Positions 23,112 to 33,861 of a stretch of DNA of 33,861 bases are shown piece by piece. Both the position numbers and the translations under genes were made by a program. The notes below the pieces were generated by a model. It made no database searches and was not told the DNA's origin. It worked only from the letters and a program-made list of their open reading frames with translations. Numbering within the stretch: the stretch's first letter is position 1; each line of letters opens with the position of its first letter. The DNA comes from Asterionella formosa (lineage: Eukaryota), in the NCBI GenBank assembly GCA_002256025.1, contig NKIB01000285.1, positions 1 to 33,861 of the forward strand, read 5' to 3'.

Positions 23112-26100
23112 TTAACCTGATTCATGAACGCTTTCCCAATATCTCGAATCATTGCCGGCGTCAGAATGATACCGGCGAGATCGTGCCTGAGTTGTCCCTA
23201 TCTGTTGCTTCTCCATCTCGAGCATACGTGAACGAAGCGTTCGGATTTCGCTTTCTTTCTCATCAATGATTGATGATAAGCGAACTTTTAGCTGTACGAT
23301 TTCGTCATTGCGGTCCTCGAAGCCTTTCTTCGCCCTTGCTGAAATCATTGCTGTAAGATCTTCGGCTTGAAACCTTCGAGTCTGCTCTGCCTTGAAGACT
23401 TCCATTGACACCCAGTTGTCAACATCCGAAGCAGATGCGCGTTGCGCTCTAAGGTGCTCGTTCTCCTTTTCGAGGAGTCGAATCCTGTGAGCTCCTAAAC
23501 TCAACTCAGCAGGGTACGATGCATCTGGGTCGTCAGCAAAGCGACCCCTGTAAGCATAGCCTCCACTGGACCGTTCTTCCATATCTTGTAAAACTTGAAA
23601 ATTACTTAAACGCCCAGATTTCGTTCGGGCATTGTTGACCATATCCAACTCGCGCTTCATCGAATCAATCGACGATTCTAGTTGTCCCAACTTCTTAGAA
23701 ACATCACTATTCTCAACCTCAACTGTGACCCTATTCGCTTCCAGTTCTTCGATTTGTTCACGAAGAGTCACTGAGCTTCTCTCAGCTCTTTCCTGATCTA
23801 CTTTGCATCGCTCAAGGTTTTCTGTCAATTTCTGTTTTGTGTCTTCGCACACCTTCAAGTCATTTACAGCTGTCGCTAGTGTGGATTCCATGGATCGCTT
23901 CTCCTCTACAATTCTGGCAACTTGCTCTCTGGTGTCTCTTTGAAATTTCTCGACAGTCTCTTTCATTGTTGTCATGTGTTTCATCGCTTGATTTCGCTCA
24001 ATCGTCATGCTCCTCAGCATTGACTGAAGTCGCTTTATCTCAGCGTTAAGAAGGTCACTTGTATTATCAGCATTCATTACAACGTCGTCTCGAGCTTTCT
24101 GGGAAGATTCCAGTTCCAGCTGAAGTCGGTTGACTTGGTCGCGCTCACGTCGGAGCTCATTGGATAGTGACAACTTCTCTTGCTTCGCCAAGTTGTCAGT
24201 TAGAACATGCTCCGTTTTCGTATCAACAAGGTGCTGCTGAGATAGAATTAACTCCTGGCTGAGCTTAGCAATCTCAATATTCAATCGTTTTAACTCTTCG
24301 TCGTTCACCTCATTGCTTTGTAGTGACAACGATTGCTGCTTCGATACAATCACCTTCATTTCATGGCAAGCATTCTTCCAGTGTCTGATTTCCTTGACTG
24401 TGGAGTCCAATTTACCCTTCAGTTCGACAATTTGAGCGTTCTCAGATTTAAGTCCTGTAATAATGTTTCTCTCACTTGTTAGCCTTTCCAACAATGTAAC
24501 CTGTTCCACAGTCAGAATTTCCACCTGATTGGCTAACTCAGCAATGGTAACATCACAATTTGAGTGGTCCAACGCTAACTCCGTCGCTTTCTTTTCGGAT
24601 GCTATCAGATCGGTCATTAATTGCTGATACGACTCTGTTAGTCTTTCGACTTCATCGTCCCTTTGTCGTAGTTGTTGTTCAGTAACTGAAAGCTCCTCCA
24701 TTTTCAATTTAAGCTCTCGTTCCATTCCAAGCTGTGACATAACTGCTTCTTCCGCGATCTTCTCGACAGAGCTGCGCTCAATAATTGTCAGATCTAGAAT
24801 TGAGTTCATGTTTGCCATTTCTTTCTCGTACTTTTTTTGTAAGCGGTGATATTCGTCGGTCCGTCTGGTTAGTTCCTTGTTTGCTTCTTCCGCATGATGT
24901 TCCGCAGATAAACGGGCTGCCAAAGCCTCGTCAAATCGTTTTTGTTGTGTATCTTGGAACGCTTGAAGGCGCTCAAGAGAGGTTGCACTCGATTCCCAAA
25001 GCCCGTTCTGCATTCTCTTAACTTCATCAACTGTCCCCTGCAAATTGTGGATTTCACTAAAAAAAGGAGTGCTGTCGATGGTTTCAGTCAATGGGCGTTT
25101 ATTCTCACCTGTTCCATCAATGCTGCTCATTTGTGACCTGTGCACTGAGGTGATTGACTCAGTTTCTGCGCCCACTGTATTGAAGGACTTCAAAGGAGAT
25201 TGCGATACTGAAGAATGCGCAAAGCTTCTAACAGGAATCGAAACGTCGTGTGCCTTTTCACAACTCCAGGGTCTGCTATCAGGCTGTTTGGAACGAGGAG
25301 GCTGAAAATCGATGTCTACGTATCTGTACCCGGCAAGTGCAGGTCCATCGCAATTACCTTCGTCATTTTGAGGAACAAGTCTTTCAAGGACAAGATTTCC
25401 TGGGTCTACCGCTCCATCTCTATCCATCGGGAAGCGGATATATTCCTGGTCCAAGTTGTCAAAATCCCGCTCCAATAAGTCTTCTTCCAACCATTCACCG
25501 AGAAGGGCCTCGTTGTCCACGTTTTGTTCCAGGTAGAATGTTGAATCATCAGGAGTTATAAGTGGAATCAAGCAGTCGCTGTGAGTATTATTCGTTGCCA
25601 TATCTGTAGTCTGGATCATTTCATGCTTTTGGATTGCCAAGTTCGGTTCACCGAGAAAACCAGGAAATTCTGGTTGTTTTTGGTATGGGTTCTCCTTCCT
25701 GGATTCCCACAATATTTGTTCGTTGTGAGGTGAAAAATCTGGAGACTCGATTTGGATATCAAATCTTTCGGTTTCTACACTTTCGCTGCATGCGTATTCA
25801 ACGTCATCCGCAAAAACCGTTCCATTTTCGCTAGCATTTACCTGAGCCACTCTATTACTTTCTCCAATAATCGCGGGCGTCTCAGTTTGCACAAATGAGA
25901 TGTCGCCGGGATCAATCGCCATATAATCTGTTGGCTGATAGCTCTCCTCCAAATGCAACCTTTTTGGTGTTACCCGAGGTTTTGCTGGTGACTTGCTTAA
26001 AAGCTTGGCCAAGCGCTGGCGAGGATCGGAAGTAACGCTCTTCATCAAACCCTCATCGGTACCACGTTGATCTATCAAAAGTTCTACAGGTGACGACTTG

Positions 26101-27731
26101 ATTGAATCTGGGGTTATTCGATCAAATGGAGACTGAGCTGTCGTTCCGGGTCGAATGAGCAATCTGTTGACATAGTCAAGTGTATGCAAAGTTCGCTCAT
26201 ACGCCAAAGCCTGAGCAGAAACAGAAGCGAGAAATACAGTTTGAGTGCCTTCCTCTGACAAGACACGCTGGAGGATCTTGGTTAGCGTGCACTCTCGGAA
26301 TGAAACAGAATGGCTCTCACTATTTATCTCTTGCAAAATAAGACTGCGCAGGACGCCACGCAAGAAAGATAGTGACTTGCGAGCCGACGCCATGCGTTTT
26401 CGCACCGTTGAACCCATTCCAGGAGAATCGTGGCCATTGCATAATTCAACAAATTGAAGGGTGACGCACTTGGTCGCATGATCCAAGTCCCTTTGAACTG
26501 CATTCTCCCAAATCTTGAATGTACATATTATGTGTCCACGAGGCCCTTCTCGTTTCCGAATGCGTAGAGCGGTTTGCGAATAAAAGGCCTTTCGGAGGAG
26601 GTGATCTAGTCCCATCAAAGAATCAACAGGAGAATCAACTAGATTCTGGAGTAATGCCCCACGATGATCGAGATGACGAATTTTGAGTTTAGACTGAGAG
26701 TCGATCGAATCGAGGCTAAGCATATCACGAATAGTCTCCTCGTCGGCAATTTCAAGAAACGAGATTGTGCAAACCGCGTCGTCGGGGAGGACTTTCAAAA
26801 TGTTATTAAATGTCATACCCAATATTCCAAGGGATTCAGGTGATCGGCTCAATGAAGGAGATTCCTCCAATCTTGGCTTGCCTCCTGATCCAAAGAGAGA
26901 GGTCCCCTTCAGGTTTCCCAAAGCGAAACAAACAACGTTTCGATGCCTTAGGGTCGCATCGTTTGAGAAACTCTCGGCCAGCCTTCCAATGGATCCCGCT
27001 TCTTCCGATCCACGAGACCAGACTACTTCGTCGAAGCGATACTTGCGCGCCCAGTCTTCAGATTCAATGTTGGCCTAGTTTCAGCGTGTCAGCCAACGTG
27101 GGGTAGTAGCAGGAATACTAGGTGCCAAAGAAGCAGCACAGATACTACGTACCACTTGAGCAACCAGCCGAGCAGTTTCCATTGTAAACTGTGCTGGAAT
27201 GTGTTTACCAAAAGCAGAAGGATTGACAACGACCAATTCTCTTGTCGATTCTTTGACCGCTTGCTGGATCGTCGCAGATATCGGACTCAAAAGATCCTCA
27301 GGGTTGGAAGGTGATGCAATAACTAAAGGGAATAGACACAATTTGCTCGATTTCGGGGCGTTTTCGTTGTTTTCTGGAACATTAACAGTGATAACGACAG
27401 ATACCTTTCGGCAAGAAATCAGGGATAGATTCGCATCGGTATTAAAAGCACATGAAGCCATAGCATCCACTTTCCCCTTTTCTGATTTCATGAGAGGTGA
27501 GAACGGTGACATTGGCCCACGATTCTGCCGTTCAAACGGCGGCAACTTGGTAGTTTTCACTGCGTTCTGAGGCGATCGTGAGATTGAAAGTCTTTGTTGA
27601 CCGACACTTTCAGATATCGACAGAGTAGGCCCATCGAGGACTTCTGCTGAGTCCAAGAGATCCTCTTTACTGCTATCAGAAGAGTCTGATCCAACAACCT
27701 CTGACAAGTAAAACGACAATTCAGTTTCCAT
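23112..27731 (-). CDS. Kinesin-like protein with divergent motor domain and long coiled coil, 2 exons (27731-27153, 27074-23112), about 1513 aa
   Basis: Phase-0 intron 27152-27075 GTACGT..CTGAC..CTAG; YRFDEV, SFLEIADEETIRDML, KSLSFLRGVL, VSFRECTLTKILQ, TVFLASVS..ERTLHTLDY; heptad-rich C-terminal half. Confidence 0.85.
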
Positions 27732-29496
27732 TCCTGCTGAATACTAGCATGTATAAAGAAAACTAATTCGATCGACCTCAACAAGATCATGCATTTGGAA
27801 TTTATGTATAATGATGGAGAACTGCTTTATAGCATCATGGCGATGCATCACAGCATCAAGATCGGTGAGCCTATATAGCGGTATACAGCAGCAATTGCTT
27901 ATGAGGATTATCTTTATTTCACACTGATACGACGATGTTACATGATGATTATAGCTATTCTTGATGTCGAAACAGAGGATGCCATTGTTTTGGCGCGCTT
28001 TGTTGTCGTTTTGGCTGATTGATTCTAAGAAATACAACGATACGGTTCCCGTTTCAAACGACTAAAATCACCCGGTAGGCTGAAATGTGCAGTGCCCGAC
28101 ATGCGGCCGAAGATCGAATATTGCGAAAATCTTTTATCTTCGTATTCAGGAAATTTTATGGCCATACTATGGTCCTGAAGATTAAATAATGCATCAATCC
28201 ATACGTCAAATGACCTGATCTCATAAATTGATATTTATTTCCTACATTAAAATTGGTAGTCTCATTCATAGGAATAATAAAGTAATTGATAATCATGAAA
28301 CTCATCAACACTCAACATTGCCATCATTGTTGTTGCTGTTGCTGTGAGGCGATTGGCCTTCACATCAGCCTATCTCATTTCCCCTCTCCCACCACCAGCA
28401 TCTTCCTACTGTCACTAAAAATGACTCATAAACATTTCATGTTAATACCAAATTTCACAACCAAGGCAGGCAGCACCAAATGTAAACAAGTATTTGACTA
28501 AATATCCTCCAAGAAGGCAGCACTCAGCCAGGAATGAGATGATCACGATTGATTCAGAGTTATGAAGAATTTGTAATCAATGCATGCCTAGAGCCAATCA
28601 ATGGCTGTCTTAAAACTGCCAATAAAATTCGACACAGTACCAGGCAGGACCAAGCTTGAAAGCTTGATACACTCCTGACATATAGAATATTATGGCTGGA
28701 GTATGCAGCAAGTGACAAATTAATTGTCAATATGCTGTTGATGATGCATGTGGTTGAAAACTTTAAGGAATGCAAACCGATTTTTCAGACTACCAAAGAC
28801 TCCTTCAATGTCTTTGCAAACAGACTCAAGCATACTAGCTGACTGCTAGCAAGTCCTGATTTAAAGAATATACAAGACATGGCCAGCGAAGACATCCACC
28901 ATCGCAAATATTTCGGCTCAATCAAGTAAGTGATCTCTGAAAACTGAAGAAGGGATCTTTGGCTGGTTGAGAAAAAAATGTAGGGGGGGGGGGGCAAGAA
29001 CCTTGGGGGCGGCCGGACAACAATAAAGTTTATGGTACCGGTACCTGGTACCAGGTACTGATATGTATGCTCTACGTTGCGTTTCCTATGTAAAATCAAA
29101 TCGCATTATCTCAGCTAAATAATTATATACCGACTCGCACGTCGCCTACCTCCTGTAGGTGTATCCCTCTACTGTTGCAGAAACAAAACAAGAATTGTCG
29201 TGTTACATGGAGATATAAATAACGTCTGTCAAGTTATCTACACAAAATGAAGAATTACAAGCTTATGACATCCTGGACCTGCCCAAGGAATTGACGATGC
29301 GCACCAAGCTTGTGCTCATCAGGTTACAACAGCTATGCAATGACACAGTGACGAGAAATCACAATAAAGAAAGATGGATGGAGTGGAGAGGCTACGTCGC
29401 GCCGTATAACCAATGTATATGTTGATTCGAATCAGAAGAACGGAGGATAAATAATAGAAAATAAGCCTTCAATGCAGCTAGGAAGAACATAGTCTC

Positions 29497-30963
29497 TCAA
29501 CTCCCTTGACCTGTCGAACGTTCTCTCAGGTAAATTTGAACACCCTTCAAAAGTCTGGACTCTACTTTTGGTGAAGAGTCTGATGTGGGGGAAGTGGCTG
29601 AAGTGGCCAAACGAGGCGGCCGTTTAGCAGCAAGCGCAGACTCCCGATTTGGCGGCTCATGAGCTTTGCGAGGGTGAGGACTTTGGGGGCGCTTCTTCGT
29701 TACTGTTTTTGACGGGGAAACATCGTGTCCGAATCCCACATTAAGGCTCAACTTCTCAGGCGACCCAAATTTATTGACCTGCTTGCTCATGTTCCAGTCC
29801 TCCTGGCTGGAAAGAGAATCGTCCTTGCTTGGTGTGGCAATTGCAACAATCTCGACGTCATCAGCAATATTCATGCTCGATCGATCAGCTTCGATTTCAT
29901 CCATTTCCTCTTCTGTAAAAAACAGCTTAGGCAGGTCTTCCGGATTTGGTCTAGGGCATTCACGTAGCGCACTAATAGGAGGGTAATCGAATGTGACAAC
30001 CCTCTTCCGTCGCGTTCGACGTTGCTCTCTCCGTCTTTGGGCGTGCTCGATCAATTCTGCAGGAATAATATTTCCATCGTCGTCCTGAATCACAACTCCA
30101 CTAGAGAGACTTCTCGAAGCAACGACACTGGAGCCAATGATGGGGCGTTCAGTCGAGTGCCCAGGGGCTATAGAATCAAGACTGGCCGAGGTTGCAGTGT
30201 CATATGTGGTCGCTGTGCCCAAAGTTCCTGTCGTTCCCCACGATGTAAGTCGGTGTAACTGAAGCATTTCTTCTTCGGCCTGAGAGTCCAAGGATGCCAC
30301 AGTTTGATTGTCTGTAAAGGAGCGATGAAATATTCCGATGTTGTTCATAGCCAGCTTTTTACGCATTTCCTCCTTACTAATTTCTTGAGTACACAGCTGA
30401 TCATCTGAATAAACCCCACAAGCAAGGAATGGTGAGACTAGATCCTGAATTAGAGATCGGGCAGGTGACAATGGAATAGTTCGTGTCGATTGCTGCTTGG
30501 CGAGACAACCGGTTGACGAAGTAATGTTTCGCGAGTCTTGCTTCTTTATTTGATCAGAATGGCCATCGAGTAAATTTCCCGAGTAGTGGGTGTGTTTGGG
30601 GTCATCCCTGTCAGTACACTTTGGGCTTGCAAAGAAATTATTCGTCGGCACAATACCATTCGGTGAGTTCGCCCAGTCTCGTACATTCTTATAGGTATCT
30701 GAGGCAGCTTCTTTGATTCCGATAACTGCATCAGAAAGCAGAGCGCTTGAGTATTGTTGAGCCTGACGAATAGGATTTCCATTGTCTTCATTAGTCGAAG
30801 TCGACAGGCTAGCCGTCGTGTCGCTGTTTGCACAGTCAATTCCTAACGAATGCGCTTGCGTTGCCTCCCGAGGTATGATGTTGTTGTGCTTGGGAGTAAC
30901 AACTGGTTTCGTCGTTCGAGCTGGTCGATCCGGAGATGAAACGTTCATTTCCCATGTCGTCAT
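29497..30963 (-). CDS. Hypothetical Ser/Thr-rich disordered protein with RVxF-type motif, 488 aa
   Basis: Long uninterrupted ORF from ATG; block RRKRVVTFDYPPISALRECPR..LFFTEEEMDEI looks like a conserved core. Confidence 0.85.
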   Translation of the reverse strand: MTTWEMNVSSPDRPARTTKPVVTPKHNNIIPREATQAHSLGIDCANSDTTASLSTSTNEDNGNPIRQAQQYSSALLSDAVIGIKEAASDTYKNVRDWANSPNGIVPTNNFFASPKCTDRDDPKHTHYSGNLLDGHSDQIKKQDSRNITSSTGCLAKQQSTRTIPLSPARSLIQDLVSPFLACGVYSDDQLCTQEISKEEMRKKLAMNNIGIFHRSFTDNQTVASLDSQAEEEMLQLHRLTSWGTTGTLGTATTYDTATSASLDSIAPGHSTERPIIGSSVVASRSLSSGVVIQDDDGNIIPAELIEHAQRRREQRRTRRKRVVTFDYPPISALRECPRPNPEDLPKLFFTEEEMDEIEADRSSMNIADDVEIVAIATPSKDDSLSSQEDWNMSKQVNKFGSPEKLSLNVGFGHDVSPSKTVTKKRPQSPHPRKAHEPPNRESALAAKRPPRLATSATSPTSDSSPKVESRLLKGVQIYLRERSTGQGS

Positions 30964-31913
30964 TTTGGCTCATTCCACTGAAGGTGTTAAAGCAAATTTG
31001 AATCAGGGCACCAGGTACCAGAATAGACTGGATTGTTAGCGATATGATTCACAGCAGTTGAGGACTTGAGAAATGCCGTTGTGTGTGCTTTATTGTCACC
31101 GTCCTCGTTAACTAACCGTCTCACGTATAATTCGGTGAACAGGCCACAAAAAATTGTTCGCCAAAATGGCGGGAAGTATCAATCATGAGTTTGTATTCAT
31201 GCCTGAATGAAATCATTTTCCGACAAATTCTCTCAAGTATGTATGACGTCAAATTTCACACCGGGTGACCTGGTGAGGCGGGCTCGTATGGTCAACTTTG
31301 GGACGACCTGGTCGTGTACGTCAACTGGAGGCGACGCGGAGAAGTCGGACAACAGCCACGTGGAGCCCTATGAAAAGTCGTTCTGTACTGTACATGCTTG
31401 TCTATCTTGTACCTGGGTACGTATCATGTACCTGTTACAGGGAATTCCGGATTGGCGGCGACGTAGATGTGAAACTATAAGAAGGAAAGTCGAGTCACGG
31501 CATTTTAATCCAAGATACAATTGAGCCTCCTCCTCAGCATTTAACAATAAGTTACTGAAGATATATGGGGAAATATGATGATAATTATAAATAGCGAGGC
31601 CAAACCAATATATACACATGTGAATATGTATATATACAGTAAATAGAGGAAGGCAAACTCGTTGCTGATATGCCAGTATCGTACAAGCCTTCCGCCAGGA
31701 AGGCCCGGTACCGTAGCTTATGTTGCATGCGCACTTGCCGGAATTCAGTTTCGACTCACTCCCAATGACTCATCCCATGTCTACCGAACGAGATAGGCTG
31801 GCTTTCCATTCCAAACTCTCTTACCGGTAAGTAACTTTCTATAATGTTAAAATTATCAATCAATCGTGTTCAACAACCCAGTACTCCTGCTGGTAATACT
31901 ACTATTTATTTAA

Positions 31914-33522
31914 ATGTCAGAGATTGTAATTCACATCAGAAATTGCAGCTGATGCACCACTTCACATGTCAGAGACCATAATTCACATCAGAAATTGCTT
32001 CAGATGCACCACAAAATGAAGCAAATTGCGATCATCACATCAACAAAGATGAAACCTACAGCAAGAAAACAGCCTCAACCATCCAAAAAGTACAAGGAGA
32101 TACCTTATTTTTTGGATAAGACTGAACGTAGTCTCGCTTATTCATTAAATGGAAATAACAATGGCAAACTGCCATACTATGGTGCAATATCAAATATTGT
32201 TGCATCTTACTAGGTGGCTACACTGACTTGGCTAACAAAATCTACTATGGTCCAGTAACATTTGCAGAAGCTACATCAGCCAGGTGGGAAAGGCAACTAA
32301 TTCACTAGTGCAATTACCTGCTATGACAATAAATAATTCCCAGTTGTTGGCAGGACATTCCTCATCAATTTCTACCCTGACTGCAAATTCGAGTATTAAT
32401 ACTCCACTCCTGTATCAACCAGTTGACACATTCATGAGTAGTGGTGGCGCAAATGGTGGTGCATGGGTAGAAATAATGAAGCGAAAGAAAAGGAAGCAAA
32501 TAATGGAGAAAAACTTACCTGTGAAAGGGGAGGGAACTTTGTGAAACTGACAACAATGATGACACCCGGAAGCACCAAAGCCATGTAACGAGAATATGAG
32601 CAACCCTTTGCACAAGCCAATATACAGTATTGCAATCATGAGGATCCTAGTTGGAACATAAACAAATCTGGACAAACTTACCCACCAACGAAAAGAAACA
32701 GCACCATTAAGAGCGATTGAAAGCAATAAACGATACACAGCTGGTATTCATGTTGCTGCAGGCGGGTACTTGTTGGTTGCTGAAGTGGTTGATGACCAGC
32801 TGAAAAGGAAGAGGTATGCGTAAGAAGTGCAAAGTGAGCGAGCGAGTAAGAAACATTTGCATACAAAGCGCTTGCAAACAAGGTTTATGCAATCAGAACG
32901 CTAAACAAACGCCATTAGAGTGGACAGTGGCGCAAATGAAAACAATGGCGATGCGGTACAAGCAAGCTGACAATATTCCACTACCAACTACAATGAAGCA
33001 ACTTCTACTTACCAGATATCATGGCCACATGATTCATGTCAACGCTGCAGTATTAGTTGCAACTGTAATGCCGCCACTTACTCACCCTTCAGTCGCTCTT
33101 ATTTCACGACAAGATATGATGGGAGGACCACCAGTCTAAGAATGATGCAACAACTACAGTGAAAAAACGTGCGAGGAGTCTTTGATTGAACTGATAAGAT
33201 ATGATGGGAGCATCACCATTCTTAGAGCCATGCAACTACTGCTCAAAAAATGGAAACTATATAATATTTTCTAACCATTGCCTATAAAAATAAGTACATG
33301 TAGTTTTAATCAAAGGCTTTGAGCCACTTCTACCGTTTTTGTTACTTTTAAAATGGATAGATCTCAGTTATTATATGTTCAATTATAAAAATGATTTAAA
33401 TTTCATGTAGCTTAATGAACTAACTAATATCATGCCAAAGGGCGAAAGAGGAGATCGATTTTAGCATATATCTAGAATTAGTCGGAAAACGATAAAAAAA
33501 GTGGCTCAAAGCCATTTACAAC
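31914..33522 (+). mobile_element. pogo-like DNA transposon derivative, copy B
   Basis: Inverted homology with 6656-8290 (e.g. KPTARKQPQPSKK, SQLLAGHSSSISTLT, SNKRYTAG.HVAAG); tandem duplication of about 50 bp at 31914-32012; ends gtggctcaaagccatttacaac. Confidence 0.78.
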
Positions 33523-33680
33523 AACCAGTAGTATGGCTGGAATCATGCTCAGAGTACATATAGTAGCCACCGTAGCCCTAGTATGATAGATAATTAGCAT
33601 AGGGAGTATTTTATGGATAAATATATTCATGCATGAGTTTACGTAATGTTGACAAGCATATAATAACATTAGTGCTCGCT

Positions 33681-33861
33681 TTATTCATCTACATTCATTA
33701 CAAACTTGTAATCGAAGTCCAAGGCACATCGATGTGTCTTCATCTTCTTTATAAGGTTGTCGATTTCGACAGGGCCATGCTTGGAGCGCTGCTGTTGCAG
33801 TTCTGGTTCAAATAAGCCAGAATCAAGAGCATGGTAAGCCAACATGTACTGGCGAGCTTGT
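33681..33861 (-). CDS. C-terminus of an IS630/Tc1-related transposase, continuing beyond the window
   Basis: Manual translation QARQYMLAYHAL..IDNLIKKMKTHRCALDFDYKF..*; ARxYMxAY and KTHR..LDFD resemble the C-terminus of the family seen at 9270-9720. Confidence 0.65.
   Translation of the reverse strand, partial: QARQYMLAYHALDSGLFEPELQQQRSKHGPVEIDNLIKKMKTHRCALDFDYKFVMNVDE

Noticed and set aside
23837..27570. Plus-strand ORFs overlapping the kinesin-like gene
   Set aside because: Antisense shadows of a long coding sequence
28560..28994. Coding-like plus-strand stretch ending in a G12 run (possible PPT or TE relic)
   Set aside because: Multiple stops, no identifiable motif and no LTR next to the G run
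31687..31704. GC-rich hairpin GCCTTCC-GCCA-GGAAGGC as a Helitron 3' end or terminator
   Set aside because: No CTRR terminus at the expected distance and no U-tract; a 7-bp stem can arise by chance
31482..31760. GGAAAGTCGAG ... TTTCGACT resembling the RNase P/MRP P4 helix
   Set aside because: The intervening sequence is AT-rich and looks unstructured, and other conserved regions are not evident; an Infernal search with RNase P/MRP models would settle it

Overview
Eukaryotic genomic DNA, most likely a diatom or related stramenopile (inferred from the copia pol motifs, the DNA-transposon types and short GT-AG introns). Bases 1-11.3 kb are a transposon island. It starts with a decayed Ty1/copia LTR retrotransposon on the minus strand (1-6560; 192-bp LTR, PBS complementary to the tRNA-Met anticodon arm, PPT, gag-PR-IN-RT-RNaseH). 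That element has a PDZ-like insert between IN and RT and a candidate -1 frameshift signal (slippery heptamer plus pseudoknot) at the gag/pol junction. It is followed by remnants of pogo-like, possibly Mutator-like and IS630/Tc1-like DNA transposons. Bases 12-31 kb hold host genes: a two-exon alpha/beta hydrolase, a pseudogenised Pro/Thr-repeat surface protein, an intronless bacterial-type UDP-galactopyranose mutase with an N-terminal membrane anchor and a DUF3431-like C-terminal domain, a two-exon ~1513-aa kinesin-like protein with degenerate ATPase motifs, and a disordered RVxF-motif protein. The right end has an inverted second copy of the pogo-like element and the 3' end of another Tc1-like transposase. 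All domain calls are from motif recognition by eye; no searches were run.
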